From: Gnetum montanum
Taxonomy: Eukaryota > Plantae > Gnetophyta
Length of the DNA: 62,101 nt
Reading direction: 5' to 3'
Assembly: GCA_015680685.1 (NCBI GenBank)
Contig: MNCI01001191.1
Span: 45,666 to 107,766 of the forward strand
The notes beneath the pieces are model-generated. The model saw nothing but the letters and a program-made list of their open reading frames with translations, ran no database searches and was not told where the DNA came from. This document shows, piece after piece, positions 14,201-24,156 of the stretch. Positions within the stretch are counted from its first letter, which is position 1; each line of letters starts with the position of its first letter. A program made the position numbers and the translations under genes.

Positions 14201-17200
14201 AGGCCCTTCTCGCTTCCCATTCCCTTCTTTGTTTCATCAGAATGGTGGTGACTCTTGAGGAAGGCATTCTTATTATCCAAGTGGATGGCTTAGCCGAATG
14301 CATTGATGCGAAATCACTGGATGTGGTTGGTTTGAAGCCGGAGTTGGAATGAGATTTGCCATGTCACATTAATCATGAAGCACACAAGGGGCTATACACC
14401 ACCTTATCCTTGGGATTCCATTTCATTCTCTTCTCTCTATACTTCTCTCCATTATTCACCTCATTGCTGGTTGTATCATTAGTGTATATATTTTGGTTAA
14501 TGCATTGTTTTCTTTTTGGTAAATTCTAGCGGTTAAGACTTTAACTCTTGTTCCGAATGACATTCCTAGGGCCTACGAACTCTTTTTTTTTTTTTTTTGA
14601 GAAAGTGTTCGGGATTCTATTACTGAAAAATGCAAAAAAATATGTTACACGAGATTACAACAGGAGGTCACCAACGGTGGCCGCACCGAGGGGGAAGGGT
14701 CCCCCGACAGCTCACAGCATCTCACCCAGGCAGAATGGCCGAGGGCAAAAAGCCCCGAGCAGTAAGCAAAAAGCACCAATCAACAAGGGGGGGCACCCCC
14801 CCCACTCGAAAGACAAAACTGGGGGCGGCGCCCCCCCCCCCCCCCCCCCCCCGCCATTTCCGTTTTGTAAAAAGTTCTTTGTGGGCCCCAACCTGGAAGA
14901 CCTGGGGGGCACCCCCCAGGTCTTCCAGGTGGGGGGGGGGGGGGGGGGGGGGGTGCCCCCCCAAGAAAGTTCCATCCACCCCTTGGGGGTTCGTAGGAAG
15001 CTGCCTGCAAGCACAATCGGGGCACACCAGCTCGTGTAGAATATCGAGAGTATTCTGGTGTTCCTCCGTATCCATGAAGCTAGCCACCTGCTGGATACCC
15101 TGCATGGCCGCCTGTCTTCTGTTTCTGTTCTCATGGGAGGTGTCGCCATCGGGGTGGCAATGCGCCAAGGTTCAACGGATATATCTACGAAGTTCGCCCC
15201 ATGAGCTCTCGCAGCTGATTCCTAACGTAAGGTACGGGCATCGTCCCCCACGTAACCATTGTTTGGCATTATTTTTGTGGGCACGGTCCAACTGTCGCTG
15301 CCTCTGCTCTTCCTCCTCCAGAAGTCGGGCCCGCTCCACCTGCTCCGCCTGTTGTCTCTATCTCCGGGTTTTTTCCTCCTGCGCTAGCTCCTCCTGCACT
15401 TGGGCTCTGATTTCATCGGTGAGCCGAGCCCTGGCAGCTTCTGCCAAAAGGTCCTGCTGCCTGGCCCGTTCTTGCTCCCTTGCCTGAAATTGGGCTTCTA
15501 ACTCGCTGCGGGCTTGGGCGAGGGCTTCCGTCCATTTTGCCTCCCACTCCTTCCTTTCGGCCTCTCTGGCTTCCTCCGCCACCCTCTTCCATTGTTCCTC
15601 GTTCCAAGCAAAGGTTTCTGGGGGAGCGGAGGTTTCAGGGGGGGCGAAGGTAGATTGGTCCTGTCGCGCGGGGGGGCACCGTTCCCTTAGGGTCCTTCGG
15701 CCTCCCATGATGCTAGTGCCCCAAGGGCTCCAACTCCCACCCACCGCTGGACCCTCCGGCGACCTGGGGGGCGTCTCGGCGAGACCCCTTGGGGAGGCAG
15801 AGGAGGAGGGGTGCTGCCCCCCGCCACAGAGCCAAAATCACCCCCGAATGACGACCCCAANNNNNNNNNNNNNNNNNNNNNNNNNNNNNNNNNNNNNNNN
15901 NNNNNNNNNNNNNNNNNNNNNNNNNNNNNNNNNNNNNNNNNNNNNNNNNNNNNNNNNNNNNNNNNNNNNNNNNNNNNNNNNNNNNNNNNNNNNNNNNNNN
16001 NNNNNNNNNNNNNNNNNNNNNNNNNNNNNNNNNNNNNNNNNNNNNNNNNNNNNNNNNNNNNNNNNNNNNNNNNNNNNNNNNNNNNNNNNNNNNNNNNNNN
16101 NNNNNNNNNNNNNNNNNNNNNNNNNNNNNNNNNNNNNNNNNNNNNNNNNNNNNNNNNNNNNNNNNNNNNNNNNNNNNNNNNNNNNNNNNNNNNNNNNNNN
16201 NNNNNNNNNNNNNNNNNNNNNNNNNNNNNNNNNNNNNNNNNNNNNNNNNNNNNNNNNNNNNNNNNNNNNNNNNNNNNNNNNNNNNNNNNNNNNNNNNNNN
16301 NNNNNCTTCCACACTACCCAAAGAAGTAGCGTGGCCCAGGAGTCGCCTATCAGGTGCCTCGGGGGGGGCAGCGCCGCTACGTGCCATGCGTCGCGCATGC
16401 AGGGGCAGTTGCGAGCAAAGTGGAGGGTAGTTTCAGCCGCTCCCCCGCATGTAGGACGTGTCCGTGTCCAGCAGCCCGCGCTGTCGTAACAGGGCTCTGA
16501 CAGGTAGCGTGTCTTGCTGCATTAACCATAGGAAGAACTTAATTTTTTCTGGCAGCCGCCCCCTCTAGATCCGCCACCAGGCATCACAGCGTGGATACTT
16601 TTCAGCCATGATGGCTCTGGACTCGAGGTTTGCCCACCCCGAGGCTTGCATGTCGCGCGCGTGTCTAGCAACCGCTTGCCAAGGTTTGGAGTCCCGCGCC
16701 ACCACCTCCCAGCAGACATTTATTGCGCATAATATTAATCCATGGGACCGGGTCCCGATGCGGTCATGAGAGCCAGAGAATGAGCCGTTGCCACCCCAGC
16801 ATCAACTTGTCCTCGAACGTCGTGATGCCCAGGCCGCCTGCACCGCGTGGGCGTGCCACTTACTCCCAACGGACCAAGTGCAATTTGCTCCCCCCTCTGC
16901 CCCCCAGACGAAGTGTTGAACCAAGGCATTGACGACATTGATGACAGCACCAGGGGGCGGCCACCGTAGCCACGAAACGCGCGGTCGCCATTAGGATTCT
17001 TGTGGCCACCAGTAGGCACCCCTTGCAGCTCAGGAATCTGTTAGCCCAATGGCTTGCCCTTCGTTCAATCTTTTCTAGCAGATGACCCCACGCCACGGTC
17101 CTCCCCCACCGGAAAAGGGGGATGCCCAAGTATGTGTCGCTGGTGGCCCCTGGTTGAATGTCCAGGGTTTGCGTCACCCTTGTTTTAATCTGCTCATCCA

Positions 17201-20200
17201 CGTTAACAAAGTAGGCCGCGGACTTAGCTCTGTTGACTTCCAGCCCCAGCTCGGCGGCCAAACGAGATAACGCCAAGTTTATGCATAGTGCTTGTGGGAC
17301 CGCCACCCTGCTTAGCAACATCGTGTCATCCGCATAATGTTCCGCCCAGCAAGTCACCCCGGCTATGCTAAGCCCATCCACCCCAGAGGTACTGCAATAA
17401 TGTTGCATTAGATCCATGGCAATAATGAAGAGGAGGGGGGAGAGTGGGTCCCCTTGCCTCAACCCCCTTCCTGGAGATGTGAGGTCCCACAACCGCCCCC
17501 CCCACATTAAAGGAAAACCCCACCGAGGATTGTAGGTGAATGCACAACCGGGTGAATTATGGGTCGAAACCTTTTTGTTGCATGATGGACTGCAATGCCT
17601 CCCAACTTAGGGTGTCGTAAGCTTTTGTGATGTCCAGCTTGAGGCAGAGCCCAGGGAAACCCGAAGTCCCAAGCGAGTGGATCACCTCCTGCATGAGGAG
17701 GATCTNNNNNNNNNNNNNNNNNNNNNNNNNNNNNNNNNNNNNNNNNNNNNNNNNNNNNNNNNNNNNNNNNNNNNNNNNNNNNNNNNNNNNNNNNNNNNNN
17801 NNNNNNNNNNNNNNNNNNNNNNNNNNNNNNNNNNNNNNNNNNNNNNNNNNNNNNNNNNNNNNNNNNNNNNNNNNNNNNNNNNNNNNNNNNNNNNNNNNNN
17901 NNNNNNNNNNNNNNNNNNNNNNNNNNNNNNNNNNNNNNNNNNNNNNNNNNNNNNNNNNNNNNNNNNNNNNNNNNNNNNNNNNNNNNNNNNNNNNNNNNNN
18001 NNNNNNNNNNNNNNNNNNNNNNNNNNNNNNNNNNNNNNNNNNNNNNNNNNNNNNNNNNNNNNNNNNNNNNNNNNNNNNNNNNNNNNNNNNNNNNNNNNNN
18101 NNNNNNNNNNNNNNNNNNNNNNNNNNNNNNNNNNNNNNNNNNNNNNNNNNNNNNNNNNNNNNNNNNNNNNNNNNNNNNNNNNNNNNNGTGACTTGGCCAT
18201 GGCAAAGAAGAATCTGGTCTACCGATCTCCTTCCCTGATCCAGTGCACCTGGGAGCACTGTCGCCAGTAGATCTCCTCCTCCTGATCCAGGGCCTGAAGT
18301 TGCCGCAGCGCATGCTGCTCCTCTACATGGAGGTCCTCCCCTACCTCCTGTTGGGCTTGGATCTGGCCGAGCTTGTCCCGGAGCTCACGCAGACCCGTTC
18401 GGAAGGAGAAGTTGTCCGCCACCGGCAGGCCCTTGATAGCCCATTTTAGCCGAAGTAACGCTTTTCGCAGGAAGTTTCGAGGGTCCTCCTAGTCAGGCTG
18501 ATAGTCCATCCAAATCTCCTCCACCAGCGGCTTCAACCACGGTTTGGCTAACCAAGAAACTTCAAAACGGAAAGGGCGCGGGGTTCTGGGCTTGTCTGGC
18601 CCGATTGTACAGGTCAGCGAGCGGTGATCTGAAGCCACCCTTTCTTGTCCCGACACCCGCACTGAGGAACGGAGGAGCATGTCTGTGCTGACGCAAACCC
18701 GATCAATACGGGTTAGGACACGATCCAGGCCTTTTCTTCGATTACTCCATGTGAACCGGCAATTCTCAATGGGCAAGTCAACCAAAGAAAAGGTCATAAG
18801 AAAATTCTGGAATTCAGTCGCTCCAGGTGGCGGTGGGCAGCTCCCCCGGTTTTCTCCCATGGATGGAATTGCTGGTTGAAGTCCCCGACCAGCATCCACG
18901 AACTATGGTCTAGAACTAGCCACGCCACCCGTGTCAACTCTTGGAGTCGCTGCTCCCAATTTTGTGCCCCGTAGAAGTTGGTCAACCAAACCCCCTGCGA
19001 GGGGAGCTGGACAGTGAGGGCCCAGTGTGATACATCCATGAGATTCATGGTGTAGCGTGTCAGGATGGCAATGCCATCGGCTCGGCCTAAGCAGGGGTGC
19101 ATTTGGGTATTCCACCCTTCCCATTAGAGGAAGTGCGCCTCCGTTGCCTAGAGTTTTGTCTCTTGGAGACAGACTATATCACAATTCTCATCTCTAACTA
19201 TTCTGCACAGGATATTTCTTTTGTAGGGGGTACCCTATCCCCGACATTTCCAGCTGAACAGCTTCATGGGTGACTGGGGGTGCGTCGTTGATAGACCTCC
19301 CGGAGGGTCTTTTGTAACCCCAAGTCGATGTTCCTCTGGGTTTGCTTGTCCCGGGTTTTATTCTCGCTCGNNNNNNNNNNNNNNNNNNNNNNNNNNNNNN
19401 NNNNNNNNNNNNNNNNNNNNNNNNNNNNNNNNNNNNNNNNNNNNNNNNNNNNNNNNNNNNNNNNNNNNNNNNNNNNNNNNNNNNNNNNNNNNNNNNNNNN
19501 NNNNNNNNNNNNNNNNNNNNNNNNNNNNNNNNNNNNNNNNNNNNNNNNNNNNNNNNNNNNNNNNNNNNNNNNNNNNNNNNNNNNNNNNNNNNNNNNNNNN
19601 NNNNNNNNNNNNNNNNNNTGGGGGGGGGTTCTAGGGGGCAACGTGTTGGATGCCAGGTGCATCTGGCCCTTGCGGCCCATGGTGATCCACTCACCCCCTT
19701 CAAATAGCTATTGGGTTCGGGTTCTTGGCTGTGGTGGCTTCGGTCCTAGCATGCGACAGGCCGTTTCATGGTGCCCAGGTTTGCCGCAGCGCGTACACCC
19801 GGTCCGGGGGAGGGGCCTTGGGTCGCCGGGCTACACTTGGGTCCGGCCGCTGTCTCCAGGTTCTCAAAAATCACTTCAAGTTTCTCTTCCCCCCTGAGGA
19901 GTTCCAGAATCACCTCCCAGATGAGGTCCTTCTTCATTAGCGGTCTCCACACACAAAATCGGGCGAAGCCCATGCACTCCATTGACTGGGTGACCCGGTC
20001 GAATGCAATGACCTCCCCAAAGAAATATGTGATTTGTCGCAGGAACTCGAGGTTCCACAGCTCCCAAGGGAGCCGAGAAACTCGTATCCAGACCGGCGCT
20101 TTAGCGAAAAGGTCGGTCTCCTGGTGGGCCCCAGGGTGCCAGGGGGTCAACGCCTGGCCCCGCACTCCGTAGAACCACGGGCCCCCTAACAGGACCGAGT

Positions 20201-23200
20201 CCCTAGCTTTTCTGGACAGAAGAATGAACAACAGGAGGTCCGTGGACAAGCTGCGTACCCCAACCTCCCCGACCTGCCACTGTTCCCGGGCCCAGCGCCT
20301 GACCAGGTCCAGTCTTGGCCGTGCGCCCCGCGACACGAAACGCCCGATGAGGCTCCGCTGTAAGGTGCGGACCCCTTCAGGGGGGGCTGGGTGACCCGAA
20401 GGCACAGTGTGTCTGCGGCTCTAGAGTGGGCCTCAATGCAACCACCAGCTTGGCTGGTGGACTAGTGTGGCCCCCCGTTGGTCGGCGGTTGTTGGTCACC
20501 CTGCGTAGCCTCCAGCGGGGATTGCTGCAGGTCCGCCGATATGTCCTCCTGCTGGCTCGTCTGGAGGGTCGCCTGCTGGTGTGCTTGTGGGTGCGCCAGC
20601 TGGTCCTGCTAGTGCTCTTACTGCTCCTACTGGGGCTCTTGTTGTTCCTACTGCTGCTGCGCATGCTGCTCCTGCCAGTGCTCTTGTTGGTGCTCCTGCG
20701 CCTGCTCCTGCTAGTGCTCCTGCGCCTGCTCCTGCTGGTGCTCCATCCTCAAGGCCTATGGACTCTTTGAATGTGGGTTTGTCAGGGCATTAAGGGCATG
20801 AGCCTGCTTTGGGAAGGACCCACTGACATTCCTATTTGGTGCACCAGTTAAATTCTTTCCCTTAACATTTCGCAATTAATNNNNNNNNNNNNNNNNNNNN
20901 NNNNNNNNNNNNNNNNNNNNNNNNNNNNNNNNNNNNNNNNNNNNNNNNNNNNNNNNNNNNNNNNNNNNNNNNNNNNNNNNNNNNNNNNNNNNNNNNNNNN
21001 NNNNNNNNNNNNNNNNNNNNNNNNNNNNNNNNNNNNNNNNNNNNNNNNNNNNNNNNNNNNNNNNNNNNNNNNNNNNNNNNNNNNNNNNNNNNNNNNNNNN
21101 NNNNNNNNNNNNNNNNNNNNNNNNNNNNNNNNNNNNNNNNNNNNNNNNNNNNNNNNNNNNNNNNNNNNNNNNNNNNNNNNNNNNNNNNNNNNNNNNNNNN
21201 NNNNNNNNNNNNNNNNNNNNNNNNNNNNNNNNNNNNNNNNNNNNNNNNNNNNNNNNNNNNNNNNNNNNNNNNNNNNNNNNNNNNNNNNNNNNNNNNNNNN
21301 NCCATACCTTCCCGATATTATTGTAAGGAACTCGAGGACGAGTTTTCATTCAGTCATGGGGGTATGATGAGACACGATATCGCATGCACTGCGATATCAT
21401 GGTCTGCCACCAAATCTATAAATAAGAGGCGGCACTCCCCTCATTTCCCATCCTGGTCTAGAAGTAGGGAAACTCTAGCAGTTTGATCACTCCAGAGATA
21501 GATTATTTTCCATGTGCCCACAGTAGAAGTCCTAGAGTGAATGGATCTTTATTCAAGCAACATTGTACCTGAACACAAGTTGTGTATGGCAATAAAGACA
21601 AACTTGATTGGATAAACCTTGCAGTGCATGGAATAGGATTTTATTTAATTGTTCTTTATTATTTTCCTAGAATGCAGTACGAGTACGACTTGATTACGAG
21701 CATCTAAGGATGTGTATGGTTAGTCAAGGAATCGACTGCTCATCGCATCTCGTGTGACTACTTGGTAACCCAGTGGCGTATCCAGGATCTACGCTTAGTA
21801 ATCCCAACAGTAGTCGTGCACGGCAGATGTGTACGATTAGTCAAGGAATCGACTGCTCATCGCACTTAGGCTAGATAGATTCTCTCAACCCTTTCCTCCT
21901 AGTTAGGTGCCTTAGTACAACCACTTCGAGCACGTGCATTACGTGTGGTGATCCCAATAACGATTAGCGTTTGGTAGCCACAGTTGCATAGTTCAGGGTG
22001 TGTACGGTAAGTGGGAACAAATGCTGACGCTAGTTAATTTAGACTTAAAACATTAGTTAGAGTTAGTTTTCACAACCCTTCACCTCATAGCATAGGAGAT
22101 AAAACCAGAAAAGACCATAAAAATCATATACCTCGAACTTACTTAACCATACATCATGTAGGCATTTAGTCTGCGGAGTTCGACCGGATCGCGCGTGCTA
22201 CGCTCGTTTCGTATGGTTAGTACCTCGCCACTCATCACTCTTTCAATGTGGGGGGCGACTGTGGGGACTCTCATCCCCAAGCAAGGGATTACGACAGGGG
22301 GACCCCCTTTTGCCATTACTTTTTATTATTAGTATGGACCTTTTGCAATATTATTGCAAGGCTGCGGGCGTGGGAGGCCTGAAAATTGCTGGGGTGGAAT
22401 GTTTGGCTGAACACTGTGTAGATGAGACAATGCTACTCAGTCAGGATAGGGTCCCACAAGCGCGAGGCATTCACCTGGCACTTACATGGATGGCTATCAA
22501 GCTTGGCCTGGTGATAAACCGTGAAAAGTGGTCAACACACTTCCTCAATGTCGACACTCACATAAAAAGCCAGGTTACACAAATTCTAGGGGTTCCTTCT
22601 GGAATGATCTAGGACTCCTACCTAGGCATTCTATTGTTTCATTAGTGTTGTTGTGTGTCCTGGGGGTGATTTTGAAGAAAATTGAGACTCAAGTAGGAAA
22701 CTGGGCAAATCGTTTCCTTACTCATAAAGGGCGACTGGTGCTAGTGTCAGGGGTGCTGGTTGCAATGGCATGCTTCATGGTCGTAGTTGCTCCTCCCCCG
22801 CCCCGCAGATGTGCAATAAGTTAGGCTATTGACAAGCTCATGTATCACTTTGTGTGCTCAGGGGGATGCAAATTGCACTTGGCCAACTAGGACCAAATTG
22901 CATGCCCTCTAACTATTGGGGGTTTGGAGATATCAAAATTCAAAGACAAACTGACACTCGATCAGCAACGTCTACTGCTTTGTTTCACCCGCTAGAATGA
23001 AGAGTCGGCCTAGTGTCATAAAGGGCGACTGGTGCTAGTGTTAGGGGTGCTAGTTGCAATGGCATGCTTCGTGGCCGTAGTTGCTCCTCCCCCGCCCCGC
23101 GGATGTGCAATAAGTTAGGCTATTGACAAGCTCATGTATCACTTTGTTTGCTCAGGGGGGTGCAAATTGCACTTGGCCAACTAGGACCAAATTGCATACC

Positions 23201-24122
23201 CTCTAACTGTTGGGGGTTTGGAGATATCAAAATTCAAAGACAAACTGACACTCGATCAACAACGTCTACTGCTTTGTTTCACCCGCCAGAATGAAGAGTC
23301 GACCTAGTGGATACGGATCATGAATGCCAAGAAGGTTTGATGGCAGTTGGGGACGCATGACTTGAGGCCATGGCATACACTTTCCGACCATACACTACAA
23401 ATGCAGTTGCTAGGGTGGTTGGAGTGCGAGCTGCACTACCTGTTATCGACCATGTATCTGCCAGTGCTAGAGTAGAAACAAATATGGCAAGGGCATTTGC
23501 CCAAGAAAATTAAAGTCTTTTTATGGCTTTTAGAAAGTAATGCCTTGCCAGTACAAATGAATTTAAGAAGGCACGACCTTGATATCGATGCCACCTACCC
23601 ACTCTTGTGCTCCCCTGGACCATGCCTCCAGGGAGAAGTTTCCTTTGGCTTCGCCCTGCTCAGGCATAGTTCACCATCTTTCAAGTCCCAACAAGCATGT
23701 TCTCACTCAAACCCTTCTCAACAAGATCAAGGTTGGTGGACAGTGCTTCGTGCCCGTGCAGGGATCCCACCTTTCAGCTTCCTTGTGTCATGCGGGTTTT
23801 CAAACCTGACGACTCACGCATGTTAGACTCCTTGTTCCATGTTTCAAGACAGGTTGAATGGAAAGCTCATGAAATCCACGTCCCGAGCACGCAAGCGTTG
23901 TAGGACCCGCCCCTCGAAGGGGTGCACACTTGGGCCCTCGACCATCACAACGGCAACACGCGCACAACCAACTACGCACACTTGTGCCATGGCGCCAATC
24001 CACATGGACTCATCTCCCACACCAAGAGGCGGACCAAAGCATACACACTCCGCTCCACGTCGGGCCAGGAAGCAACGTTGGCCTCCATCCACTTCCCTCT
24101 CGATAATCTCAAGCACTTTTTA

Positions 24123-24156
<34 letters not shown>

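Larger units (their letters stand above)
14582..20800 (-). mobile_element. L1-clade LINE 'B', near full length, inserted antisense in the gypsy element
   Basis: Q/E-rich repeat at the 5' end (20560-20745); ORF1 DUF4283-like at 20405-19746; endonuclease at about 19200-18490 (VGDFN, FTWSN, RIDRV, SDHR); RT at 17705-16860 (KLDITKAYD, GLRQGDPLSPLLF, YADD); zf-RVT at about 16600-16310; extra ORF at 15744-14980; poly(A) at 14598-14582. The 5' boundary is near a gap and approximate. Confidence 0.93.
9105..22237 (+). mobile_element. Ty3/gypsy (Athila-like) LTR retrotransposon, gag-protease only, TSD CTCTT
   Basis: LTRs at 9105-10079 and 21365-22237, both TGATGAG...CTCATCA. CTCTT flanks at 9100-9104 and 22238-22242. 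PBS-like CAGCGCCATTGTCGGGGA after the 5' LTR resembles the Athila tRNA-Asp PBS. PPT-like ATGGGGGTA before the 3' LTR. Confidence 0.92.
5895..23602 (+). mobile_element. L1-clade LINE 'A', degenerate, interrupted by a gypsy element at 9105-22237 and truncated in zf-RVT
   Basis: ORF1 DUF4283-like (QRSLIG, LLLFIF, PWFY, VWVHV) at 6270-6800; APE endonuclease (VGDFN, FTWSN, SRIDRV, SNHR) at 7300-7960; RT (LKLDITKAYD) at about 8970-9010. RT continues after the insertion as GLRQGDP at 22285. zf-RVT (PKKIKVFLWL) at 23497-23600. Many stops. Confidence 0.92.

Noticed and set aside
14548-15487. Plus-strand ORFs of 163 and 285 aa
   Set aside because: Antisense shadows of the LINE B J-module and G/C tracts.
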